Below are positions 9,193 through 18,118 of a DNA stretch of 64,000 nt, one piece after another. A model generated the notes under the pieces. That model was given only the letters and a program-made list of their open reading frames with translations. It did not search any database and was not told where the DNA came from. Position 1 is the stretch's first letter, and every line of letters begins with the position of its first letter. The stretch comes from Candidatus Uhrbacteria bacterium. Its GTDB lineage: Bacteria; Patescibacteriota; Patescibacteriia; UBA9934. A program made the position numbers and the translations under genes. Location of the stretch: contig CAIKHN010000009.1 in assembly GCA_903827265.1 (NCBI GenBank), forward strand, positions 151-64,150, read 5' to 3'.

Positions 9193-10254
9193 ATGATTCC
9201 GGGATCGCGACAGGCGCTGCAAACATACAAACGTGTTCGAGCGTTTGCACATCAGTACGAACGTTGGTTTATGCCAGCGATGCTTGTTGGTGGAACGGGT
9301 TTCGATGTGTGGCAATTTCGCGTTCTTGATTTGCGGGAAAAATTTATTGTCATGTGCGTGTACGTTGTAACGGTTATGGGTTCCATGGCTCTTACTGCGT
9401 ACAGACGTTCTGATGATCTTTCACCGTTGCGGTACTTAAAACTCGCTGCGCCGTTTGCGCAGCAATTTGCGATGGGAGGTTTGTTGAGCACTGCGCTGCT
9501 GTTTTATTGGTTCAGCGGAACGCTGTCGGTAACGTGGCCACTTGTCGTACTTGTTGCGCTCCTCATGATTTCAAACGAGACACTCCGGCACATTGTTCTT
9601 CGTCCATTGGTGCAAATTGGTATGTTGTATTTTGCGCTGTTTTCATTATTTGCAATTTGGTTTGCGCATCTTTTCGCATCGTTGAGCTGGCCAGTGTTTC
9701 TTGCAGGGGGCTTTGCAAGCATGGTAGTGATGTCGCTCTTGTTGGCGCTTCTCGTGAACCTTGGAGATTTGTATACCGACCGTATTCGGATGTGGTTGAC
9801 GATTGCTGGCGTGTTTGTGTTCATGAACGTGTGTTACTTCCTCAATATTATTCCGCCAATTCCGCTAGCATTGCGCGACGCAACAATGGCGTACAGCGTG
9901 ACTAACGATTACGTTCTTGTGACACCGGAGGAGTCATGGATCGATCGACTCATTCCTGGAGAGACTATTCTTGTGACGCCGGGCGATCCGTTGTACGCAT
10001 ATACAGCGGTGTATGCGCCAGAAGGGCTCTCAACAACAATTGTGCATCAGTGGCAACGCTACGACGACGAGACGCATCGGTGGGAAACTGAACATACGCT
10101 TTCATTCGCGATTGCCGGCGGACGACCTGACGGGTATCGCGGGTACTCCATGGTGTCGTCGCTCGCGGCAGGAAAGTGGCGGGTAAGTGTCGAAACGACA
10201 ACAGGCCAGGTGCTCGGTCGGATAACCTTCACCGTCGTCACCGGCGCAGAGTGA
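9193..10254 (+). CDS. DUF2914 domain membrane protein
   Basis: Multiple TM segments, IIPPIPL, GGRPDGYRGYS, GKWRVSVET. Confidence 0.85.
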   Translation: MIPGSRQALQTYKRVRAFAHQYERWFMPAMLVGGTGFDVWQFRVLDLREKFIVMCVYVVTVMGSMALTAYRRSDDLSPLRYLKLAAPFAQQFAMGGLLSTALLFYWFSGTLSVTWPLVVLVALLMISNETLRHIVLRPLVQIGMLYFALFSLFAIWFAHLFASLSWPVFLAGGFASMVVMSLLLALLVNLGDLYTDRIRMWLTIAGVFVFMNVCYFLNIIPPIPLALRDATMAYSVTNDYVLVTPEESWIDRLIPGETILVTPGDPLYAYTAVYAPEGLSTTIVHQWQRYDDETHRWETEHTLSFAIAGGRPDGYRGYSMVSSLAAGKWRVSVETTTGQVLGRITFTVVTGAE

Positions 10255-10255
10255 T

Positions 10256-10453
10256 CGAGCGAATCAACGGGTGGCACCGAGGGACGCGAGCGCCAGTGAC
10301 GACGGTACATGTTTCGCAACGAGCAGCACGGATGCACAGCCACGTCGTTCGCGAACGACGTGGCACGGCCGTAGTCGAGTGAAACGAGGCGTCACGGCGT
10401 AGCGTCCTTGCGCACAGTGAAGAAACATGTACCCGAGTCACCAAGCGAGCGAT
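10256..10453 (+). repeat. Palindromic intergenic element, family A
   Basis: 25-bp head identical to the reverse complement of 28017-28041; interior 10285-10453 matches the reverse complement of 45675-45814; arms ggtacatgtttc/gaaacatgtacc. Confidence 0.85.
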
Positions 10454-10463
10454 TAGGAATTGA

Positions 10464-10493
10464 CTGGATCCCCGCCTTCGCGGGGATGACTGA
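10464..10493 (-). repeat. REP-like hairpin (GTCATCCCCGC-N4-GCGGGGATCC type)
   Basis: ctggatccccgccttcgcggggatgactga; related copies at 20488 and 27857. Confidence 0.85.
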
Positions 10494-10564
10494 GGGAACG
10501 AGGATGACCATGGGAGGTTCGGCTTGCGCAAAACAAATATTTCTGCTAACATTCGCAAAATCCT

Positions 10565-10969
10565 ATGTACAACAAATACCAAAGTCAGCGTTCTGGTGGT
10601 TCAAATAGCGGAAAGCCCAACAATCGTGGCACATGGAACCGTGCTGGTGCAGGCCGTCCAGCTCCTCGCGAGTTGCACGACGCGACATGCAGCGAGTGCC
10701 GCAAGCCATGCCAAGTTCCTTTTTTCCCAAGTGAAGGTCGTCCGGTAAAATGTCGTGATTGTTTCCGTACCGACGGACCAAACTTCGACGATCGCGATGA
10801 CCGTCGTCCATCATTCGACCGCAAGCCATCGTACGCCGATCGTTCTGAACGTCCGGCCTATGCACCACGTGAAGAGCGTTCCTCTGGAAGTGGCGATTCC
10901 GTCCGCCTTGCAGCAATTGAGCGCAAACTTGATCAGATCCTCGAGCTTCTCGACGCAGACGAAATGTAA
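10565..10969 (+). CDS. CxxC-x17-CxxC domain protein
   Basis: CSECRKPCQVPFFPSEGRPVKCRDCF; C-terminal IERKLDQIL. Confidence 0.88.
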   Translation: MYNKYQSQRSGGSNSGKPNNRGTWNRAGAGRPAPRELHDATCSECRKPCQVPFFPSEGRPVKCRDCFRTDGPNFDDRDDRRPSFDRKPSYADRSERPAYAPREERSSGSGDSVRLAAIERKLDQILELLDADEM

Positions 10970-10979
10970 ATAAAAGAAC

Positions 10980-11017
10980 CGCGGCCGCCTCGCAATGAGG
11001 CGGCCGCGCGTTTTTTT
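10980..11017. terminator. Intrinsic terminator
   Basis: cgcggccgcctc-gcaat-gaggcggccgcg followed by a T-run. Confidence 0.75.
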
Positions 11018-11786
11018 ACTGCCACTGAACCAGGAATCCGGCGGCGTTGTGCGATTGGGCAATCACGTAGCCATTGTTTGTGCTTCGTTCTCCTCCTTTC
11101 ACGAGCCGAGGCTTTGCCCTCGGGTACGCAGCGCGAATGAAGAACATGTGCTCGCGACTCACCGCAGTGAGGTCGATCACGAATCGGAGAAGTGTTTGTG
11201 GCGTACCGTCGGGCGGCGGTCGAACCTCGCTCGGCAGCGCTCGATCGAGAAGGAACCGTCGATCGTGCCGGTGGATCCGATACGTTTCGTCGCCTTCTGA
11301 AGTGCTGATGACCGCCCAGCGCGGAACAGGCCTCGGACTCTGAATGTGGACTCGATATTTCCGGCTGAGACGCTCCACCGCATTCATGAACGCAATGTTG
11401 CGTTCGCGGTCAGAGCTCGGCAGATGCGGCAGATCTGGAAAGCATGTCGATGCGTATCGTTCAGCGGTTCCGCCAGGCTTCAGTCCGGGATGATGGAGTC
11501 GGTGCACCTCTGACATGGAGAGCGGGACGAGCTCGATGTCATCGCCGATTGCGTAATCGCGAGCGAACGTCTCTCGTTCAAGCGGTCCGCGGATGTCCCA
11601 GACGTTTCCGTCGGGTGCCAGCACACCGGCGTGGTTTCCGTTGCGAAGCCGTACCATTGGCCAACCGGTGATCCGGTGGAGGCCGGCGGCAAATGCGTAG
11701 CAGTCGCCGTGAAGGTATCCGTCTTCGATGCTCCGGCGGAGCGTATCTCGATCGTATGCATCGGGTGTGAGAACCGTGGTCGTCAT
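11016..11786 (-). CDS. Hypothetical protein with a possible Cys-His-Asp (papain/transglutaminase-like) N-terminal domain
   Basis: YLHGDCYAFAAGLHRITGWP...NHAGV...WDIRG; GC-richer than neighbours. Confidence 0.65.
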   Translation of the reverse strand: MTTTVLTPDAYDRDTLRRSIEDGYLHGDCYAFAAGLHRITGWPMVRLRNGNHAGVLAPDGNVWDIRGPLERETFARDYAIGDDIELVPLSMSEVHRLHHPGLKPGGTAERYASTCFPDLPHLPSSDRERNIAFMNAVERLSRKYRVHIQSPRPVPRWAVISTSEGDETYRIHRHDRRFLLDRALPSEVRPPPDGTPQTLLRFVIDLTAVSREHMFFIRAAYPRAKPRLVKGGERSTNNGYVIAQSHNAAGFLVQWQ

Positions 11787-11871
11787 GATGATCACCGGGG
11801 TAGCGCGGTTGTGAAAACGGACGGTGAAGCGTAGCATAATGGTATACTCAAGGCAACATAAACCCTTATCT

Positions 11872-12798
11872 ATGAAGGCTCTTCCACGCTCGACAGCGAA
11901 AGATGTGTTTGCACATTTGTTCGCCATTGTGACGCTTTACGTGTCGGTCGTGTCATTCATTGTTCTTGGATTCCAGTACATCGACGTTTCGTTTCCTGAT
12001 GCGTTGAATTTCTATTACACCGGCGCCTTGGATGCGATCCGTGGAGGCATGGCGAGCCTTATCGTGATGTGGCCAGCGTTCATTGGTATTTCGTGGTTCA
12101 TGCACAAGGACGCAAAAGCAGAACCAGAGAAACGCGAAATCGCTATTCGAAAATGGTTGCTGTACCTCACATTGTTTGTGACGGCAATCACGATTGTTGT
12201 TGATCTCATCACGTTAGTGAACTACTTCTTGAACGGAGAAATCACGACACGATTCATTTTGAAAGTTCTAGTGATGCTTGCAACGGCGGCTGCGGTGTTT
12301 GCGTATTACCTTTGGGACTTGCGGACAGAGTCGATTGCGAAATCGACGACACCAAAAAAGACGGCAATCGCAGCATCGGTCGTGGTCATCGCAACGATCG
12401 TTCTCGGGTTCCTTCTTGTTGGCTCACCAGCACAGCAGCGCAAAGTTCGATTCGACGATCAACGTGTGTCTGAGCTGACATCAATCCAGTATGAAATCGC
12501 GAATTACTACAGTACGAAGCACGTGCTTCCAATCGGATTAGCCGATCTCACAAACGCGCTGAGTGGATTTACAACACCAAAAGATCCTTCAACTGGTGCG
12601 CAGTTCGAATACAGCACGAAGAGCACATTGTCGTTCGAGTTGTGTGCGACGTTTGAGGCAGAATCTGCTGGTGGAGATGTTGTTCAAGCTGTTCCAGTGT
12701 ACGGCGGTTACGGATCACCTGATCAAAACTGGACGCACGGCGTTGGCCGAACATGTTTTACCCGCACGATTGACCCTACAATGTATCCAACAAAGTAG
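11872..12798 (+). CDS. DUF5671 domain membrane protein
   Basis: IRKWLLYLTLF, GEITTRFILKV, GSP..QR..RFD.QR, FELCATF. Confidence 0.85.
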   Translation: MKALPRSTAKDVFAHLFAIVTLYVSVVSFIVLGFQYIDVSFPDALNFYYTGALDAIRGGMASLIVMWPAFIGISWFMHKDAKAEPEKREIAIRKWLLYLTLFVTAITIVVDLITLVNYFLNGEITTRFILKVLVMLATAAAVFAYYLWDLRTESIAKSTTPKKTAIAASVVVIATIVLGFLLVGSPAQQRKVRFDDQRVSELTSIQYEIANYYSTKHVLPIGLADLTNALSGFTTPKDPSTGAQFEYSTKSTLSFELCATFEAESAGGDVVQAVPVYGGYGSPDQNWTHGVGRTCFTRTIDPTMYPTK

Positions 12799-12805
12799 AA
12801 ATCAA

Positions 12806-12846
12806 AAAAAAACGCCACCTCGGTCACGACCGAGGTGGCGTTTTTT
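12806..12846. terminator. Bidirectional terminator
   Basis: aaaaaacgccacctcggtc-ac-gaccgaggtggcgtttttt. Confidence 0.8.
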
Positions 12847-12849
12847 GAT

Positions 12850-13647
12850 TTACTTCGCAATCTGGAATGTATCTTTTTGCGTAATGTTGTAATGCTTGGC
12901 TGCACTCGATCCTTGCACGACGAGTTCTAAGAACCGTTTGTGTCCGTAGCCGGAGCTTCCCATGGTTAATCCGGTTTGGTAGTTCGGAACGGTACGAAGT
13001 TGTTTGTAGCATGTCGCCTTGATTGCGAGACCGTTCAAAATGATTTCGCGTTCAGCGCCTTCTTCGAACTGGATGTCTTCTGGAAGAAGTGTCGTCTTGC
13101 AGTTGCCGAACGAGTCAATGCGCCACACATCGAGGGCGGCGTCGGGAATATCGACGAACATCAGTTTTTCTGATGGTACATCTTTTTTGTCCCATACAAT
13201 GCGAGCCAAACGAGGAAGATAATCGAAGCTTCGGAACTGTGATGTTGCAGCGCGATCGATAATTTCTTGGCTGTATCCGCCGAATGCAAGAACCGTACGA
13301 ATGTCTGTCACGTTGACGTGATCCGCGAGTCCAAACTTTTTCAGAAGTGAAAGCACTTCTCCGTCAATCGTGCAGACAACGAGAATTTTTCCGATCCAGA
13401 GATATCCGAATGGTGTGCCGTTTGGCCACTTGCGAGCCGCACCATGGCGAGGAGCGACGTTGACGGCGATGATGCCTTCCTGATCGTCAGATGCATCAAG
13501 GACGTCGATGAGGTTTCCGGCTGCCTCAATATCTGAGAATGCTCCTGCAAAACTTGAAGGCACGCCAGGGAATAGAACGCTGTATCGAGTCTGCTGACGA
13601 ATCTGTGCGTTTCCGTCTTGGCAATCGGTGATGATCGAAATAAACAT
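12850..13647 (-). CDS. SAM hydroxide adenosyltransferase / SAM-dependent halogenase family protein
   Basis: IITDC, VNVAPR, SQFRS, RIDSFGNCKT, ELVVQGSSAA. Confidence 0.78.
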   Translation of the reverse strand: MFISIITDCQDGNAQIRQQTRYSVLFPGVPSSFAGAFSDIEAAGNLIDVLDASDDQEGIIAVNVAPRHGAARKWPNGTPFGYLWIGKILVVCTIDGEVLSLLKKFGLADHVNVTDIRTVLAFGGYSQEIIDRAATSQFRSFDYLPRLARIVWDKKDVPSEKLMFVDIPDAALDVWRIDSFGNCKTTLLPEDIQFEEGAEREIILNGLAIKATCYKQLRTVPNYQTGLTMGSSGYGHKRFLELVVQGSSAAKHYNITQKDTFQIAK

Positions 13648-13709
13648 AGGGAAGATATTTACGCTGATTATGACACACCAACGGCCGAATATCAAGCAAG
13701 GACGATATA

Positions 13710-13738
13710 TTGACGAGAATTCGATTAGCTGCTAATCT
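13710..13738 (+). promoter_or_regulatory. Sigma70 promoter overlapped by a palindromic (probable MarR) operator
   Basis: TTGACG-17-TAATCT with extended TG; palindrome attagc-t-gctaat at 13724-13736. Confidence 0.6.
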
Positions 13739-13761
13739 ATTCAGGTTCTAATGCATTCTCT

Positions 13762-14199
13762 ATGAAGCGTGAAAAAATCCTCGCCGACGTGTTTGACGGC
13801 ATGGGGATGATGCGACGGTTTTTCGCCATGAAAAGCGATCCGCATCAGCACCAGAAAGACATGCCAACGCGGGCACAAATTGCCGTCATGATGTTGCTTC
13901 AACAGACGCCGCAAATGGGTGTGAAGGACATCGCACACGCGTTGTGCATGACGTCTTCTGGTGCCACGCAGACCATCGACAGTTTAGTGACCGAGAAGCT
14001 TCTCACTCGGAAGGCCGATCGCTCTGACCGTCGAAAGATCGCTATTAGCCTTACTGCTCGAGGAAAGCATGTTTTAGCCAAAGCGAAAGCGGCGCACAAG
14101 GGTATGATGTCGGTCATGTTTGCGCCGCTCTCGACAGAGGAATTGCTCCAGCTCAAAAATATTCAAGAAAAGATTATCGCGCATTTGCAAAATGTATGA
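13762..14199 (+). CDS. MarR family transcriptional regulator
   Basis: wHTH, DRSDRRKIAISLTARG. Confidence 0.9.
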   Translation: MKREKILADVFDGMGMMRRFFAMKSDPHQHQKDMPTRAQIAVMMLLQQTPQMGVKDIAHALCMTSSGATQTIDSLVTEKLLTRKADRSDRRKIAISLTARGKHVLAKAKAAHKGMMSVMFAPLSTEELLQLKNIQEKIIAHLQNV

Positions 14200-15929
14200 G
14201 TACAACGTCGCAAAAGAAATCTCCTCCAAGTATTTTCTCGGTGCTCACGCCGTATCGTGGGTTCGTTGCGTTTTTAGTTCTTGTTGCTGTTGCAATGAAC
14301 TCGGTGAGCTTAGTTATTCCAAAGCTTGTCTCACGAGCGATCGATGCATATTTAACGCATCGGTTCGATCCGTCGACAATTACCATTGAGTTCGTTGCTG
14401 TTGCGATTGGTATCGCGATCCTTACATATGTTCAGGGCGTCATGCAGACATATGCATCGGAGCGTGTTGCGCGAGATTTGCGCAATGCATTAACGGCAAA
14501 AATTTCAAATCAGAGTTTTGCGTATATTCAAGAAAAAACACCGTCGCAATTACTCACGAATCTTACATCCGACATTGATGCGGTGAAACTCTTCGTCTCA
14601 CAAGCGGTTGTTTCACTTGTATCCTCGGCAATCATCATTATTGGGTCAGCGATCCTTTTGCTTTCGATTCAATACGAACTTGCGATTGTCGTGTTGTGTG
14701 TGTTGCCGGCAATTGGCTTTGCCTTTGCCATGACACTCGCACGTGTTCGTCCATTGTTTAAAGCATCACAGGAAGTCATCGACTGGTTAAACAAGGTCAT
14801 TAACGAAAGCATTCTCGGCGCTGCATTTATTCGCGTGGTGAATGCGCGAAAAACCGAAGAAGGAAAATTTGCAACAGTGAACGCAAAGGCGAAAGACGTG
14901 AGCATGAACATTCTGTATCTCTTTGCCGGACTTATTCCAATCATCACGTTTGTTGCAAGCTTTGCAACGCTTGTGATTTTGTTCCTCGGTGGACACCTCG
15001 TGATTGGTGGCGGACTTTCCCTTGGTGATTTTGCGGCATTCAATAGTTACGTTGGCCTGATGATCTTCCCGATTCTTATGCTCGGCATGATGAGTAACGT
15101 CGTCGCTCGTGCAACAACGTCGTATGAGCGCATTATTGGTGTGTTGAATGCGCCAGAAACAAAGGATGTTGGTGCGCATGTCGCAGAAATTCATGGTGAT
15201 ATTGATGTACAGAACGTCACGGTAATGTTTGGGGAAAAGTATGCACTGAAAGACGTGTCGCTCTCTATTAAGGCTGGAACAAAAACAGCGATTCTTGGTC
15301 CGACAGCGGCCGGAAAGACGCAGTTGCTGTATGCACTCATCGGACTGATTGATCCGCAGGAAGGATCGGTGTCGTACGATGGTGTTCCCATGAAGGAGTA
15401 CGAGAAAGTGTCGTTCTACCGTCAGATTGGGTTGGTGTTTCAGGAAAGCATCATGTTTAACGTGTCAGTGCGGGAAAATATCGCGTTTGCAGGAACTGCA
15501 ACGGAGGCCGATATCGCAAAGGCGATCGCTACGGCTGAATTGAACGATTTCATTTCGACGTTGCCGCAAGGTTTGGACTCTATTGTCTCAGAGCGCGGAT
15601 CAAGCCTATCTGGCGGACAGAAGCAACGCATTATGCTTGCACGTGCACTCGCCTTGAATCCGAAGATTCTATTCCTCGATGACTTTACTGCACGTGTCGA
15701 CGCAAAAACGGAACAAAAGATTGTCGCGAACATCGCGGCGAATTATCCGAACACAACTATTGTGTCGGTGACCCAAACTATTGCGCCGATTCAAGCGTAT
15801 GACCAAATCGTGCTCGTGATGGAAGGAGAAATTCTTGCAAAGGGCACGCACGCAGAACTCATGCAAACTTCATCAGAGTACGTCCAAATGGTTGAATCAC
15901 AGCAAAGCACCAGCGCATATGAACTATAA
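14196..15929 (+). CDS. ABC exporter, fused permease/ATPase (heterodimer subunit A)
   Basis: TM domain plus GPTAAGKT, LSGGQKQR, degenerate Walker B LDD. Confidence 0.92.
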   Translation: MSTTSQKKSPPSIFSVLTPYRGFVAFLVLVAVAMNSVSLVIPKLVSRAIDAYLTHRFDPSTITIEFVAVAIGIAILTYVQGVMQTYASERVARDLRNALTAKISNQSFAYIQEKTPSQLLTNLTSDIDAVKLFVSQAVVSLVSSAIIIIGSAILLLSIQYELAIVVLCVLPAIGFAFAMTLARVRPLFKASQEVIDWLNKVINESILGAAFIRVVNARKTEEGKFATVNAKAKDVSMNILYLFAGLIPIITFVASFATLVILFLGGHLVIGGGLSLGDFAAFNSYVGLMIFPILMLGMMSNVVARATTSYERIIGVLNAPETKDVGAHVAEIHGDIDVQNVTVMFGEKYALKDVSLSIKAGTKTAILGPTAAGKTQLLYALIGLIDPQEGSVSYDGVPMKEYEKVSFYRQIGLVFQESIMFNVSVRENIAFAGTATEADIAKAIATAELNDFISTLPQGLDSIVSERGSSLSGGQKQRIMLARALALNPKILFLDDFTARVDAKTEQKIVANIAANYPNTTIVSVTQTIAPIQAYDQIVLVMEGEILAKGTHAELMQTSSEYVQMVESQQSTSAYEL

Positions 15930-17676
15930 TCTTGCCGAAAACAAAGGGACGTCGTCTAACGCCCTTCTGGCCGTTGCGAAAAAATTCGTTCCGTTTATTC
16001 GAGGAGAAAAGAAAGGGATGATCATCGCACTCATTGCGATTGTTCTGAACTCTGGATTAAACCTCGCTGCGCCAATTATTGTTGGTCACGTTGTCGATAC
16101 ATACATTGTCACGCGTCAGTTTGATGGCGTGGTCACATTCTCTGCTTTGCTTCTCGCGATTTTCGGGCTCGCGGCATTGGCGCAGTACACGCAAACTCGA
16201 GTGATGGGCGCGGTAAGTAATCGTGTCTTGTTCAATTTGCGTAATGTAATCTTCACGAAGCTTCAAACGCTTCCTGTTGCATTCTTTAACCAAAATAAAG
16301 CCGGTGATCTTATTTCGCGTATTAACAACGATACGGATAAGTTGAACCAGTTTTTCTCACAAGCACTCATGCAGTTCGTGGGAAGCGTGTTTATGGTTAT
16401 TGGTGCGGGAATCTCTGTGTTAGTAATTAGCCCTCGTCTCGGCGCCGCGGCGCTTGCTCCTGCGTTGTTCTTGCTTGTCATTACACGGGTACTTTCAGGT
16501 TGGATGAAACGCAAGAATGCAAAGAGCTTGGAAACGATTGGCGACATGAGCGCAAGTATTCAAGAAAGCTTGAACAACTTTAGCGTGATTGTAGCATTCC
16601 ATCGTCAGGACTACTTCCGTGAGCGGTTTACGACGGTGAATGAAAAGAACTTCAAGGCGTCAATTACCGCTGGACTTGCGAATACGATCTTTACACCAAT
16701 CTACGGTTTGTCGAGCAATATTGCGGTTCTGGTGGTTATTGCGTACGGCGCACACCTTATTGGTCTCGGACTCCTGACGATTGGTGTGCTCATTAGTTTC
16801 TTGACGTACGTGACGCGGTTTTATGATCCGTTGCGCCAAATCGCAAGTCTTTGGAGTTCGTTCCAGCTTGCACTTGCGGCGTGGGATCGTATCTCCGACA
16901 TTCTGAGTATGGAATCGGAAATGGTTGAAGGCGATGGCGTAACACATGGCGCAGCAGGCCCTGTGCTCGAATTCAAAAACGTGAAGTTCCATTATCCAAA
17001 CGGGAAGACTGTGCTGCGTGACGTGAATCTTTCGCTTGAAGCAGGGAAGACGTACGCGCTTGTTGGCCCGACCGGTGGAGGAAAAACAACGACAGCATCG
17101 TTGATGGCTCGCTTGTATGATCCGTCAGAAGGATCTGTCTTGTTGCACGGAACAGATATTCGGTCGTACACATCTGCTGATCGCGCAAAGCGCATCGGAT
17201 TCATTTTGCAGGAACCATTCCTGTTTACTGGAACGATTCGGGACAACATCGTCTACGGCAACGACGAACTCGCTTCGGTATCATCGGAACAGCTCGTTGA
17301 AATTATTACGAAGAGCGGACTCTCGTCGTTGTTGCCGCGATTTGCTGAAGGCTTGGATACTCCAGTAACGTCCAATGGAAATTCTATGAGCCTTGGACAG
17401 CGACAGTTAATTGCGTTTATGCGTGCAGTGTTGCGGAAACCGGATGTTCTTATTTTGGACGAGGCTACTGCGAACATCGACACTGTAACGGAACAACTTC
17501 TTGAAGAGATTCTTCGCCAGCTTCCATCAACGACAACACGTGTGATTATTGCGCACCGTTTGAACACCATCGAGGCAGCGGATGAAATTTACTTTGTGAA
17601 CGCGGGAACTGTATCGCCAGCAGGATCACTGGAGCATGCTGTTTCCATGGTGATGCACGGGAAACGGGAATCGTAG
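15919..17676 (+). CDS. ABC exporter, fused permease/ATPase (heterodimer subunit B)
   Basis: GPTGGGKTT, MSLGQRQ, LDEATANID, IAHRL. Confidence 0.92.
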   Translation: MNYNLAENKGTSSNALLAVAKKFVPFIRGEKKGMIIALIAIVLNSGLNLAAPIIVGHVVDTYIVTRQFDGVVTFSALLLAIFGLAALAQYTQTRVMGAVSNRVLFNLRNVIFTKLQTLPVAFFNQNKAGDLISRINNDTDKLNQFFSQALMQFVGSVFMVIGAGISVLVISPRLGAAALAPALFLLVITRVLSGWMKRKNAKSLETIGDMSASIQESLNNFSVIVAFHRQDYFRERFTTVNEKNFKASITAGLANTIFTPIYGLSSNIAVLVVIAYGAHLIGLGLLTIGVLISFLTYVTRFYDPLRQIASLWSSFQLALAAWDRISDILSMESEMVEGDGVTHGAAGPVLEFKNVKFHYPNGKTVLRDVNLSLEAGKTYALVGPTGGGKTTTASLMARLYDPSEGSVLLHGTDIRSYTSADRAKRIGFILQEPFLFTGTIRDNIVYGNDELASVSSEQLVEIITKSGLSSLLPRFAEGLDTPVTSNGNSMSLGQRQLIAFMRAVLRKPDVLILDEATANIDTVTEQLLEEILRQLPSTTTRVIIAHRLNTIEAADEIYFVNAGTVSPAGSLEHAVSMVMHGKRES

Positions 17677-17685
17677 TTCTGAACG

Positions 17686-18071
17686 AAGACCCTCCCCCTT
17701 TCCGAGGGGGAGTAGGAGGGGGTGGAAGCTATAGAAATCAGACCTGATTCTTTTGAAAAGGTCGTGACGGAAATGGCCGCGTGAAGAAAATGTCGGGAGT
17801 ATGGGTGTTCGATTTTAAAAGGGGTATTTTGTTAACGCAACTCATTCGCATTAAGGAATCGGTGGTTAATTATTGCGTGGACGCATAGGTCGTATTGGAC
17901 CAATACGACCAATATTCAATACTTAATTGAAACTGATTTCGAAATTTTCAGATTTTCGATTCATATCGCAACGTGGTGTGAAGTTTAAAAGGGTCAAAAA
18001 ACGACAGTAGTGTTTCAAAATGAGGATACCGACACGGACGATTCACCTCCCCGACCCCTCTAAAGAATCAG
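17686..18071 (+). mobile_element. Non-coding element family B, copy 1: REP-like hairpin followed by an IR-bounded segment (17744-18071)
   Basis: IRs ctgattcttt/aaagaatcag; core 17791-18006 near-identical to the reverse complement of 38270-38485. Confidence 0.8.
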
Positions 18072-18118
18072 TTTCATCCTGGTCTTTTTCTCTTTTTTCC
18101 CGTACACTTCTGCCGAAT

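Noticed and set aside
10263-10282. T-box-like sequence aacgggtggcaccgag
   Set aside because: It is the head of repeat family A, lies right after a stop codon, and has no stem I/specifier or amino-acid-related gene downstream.
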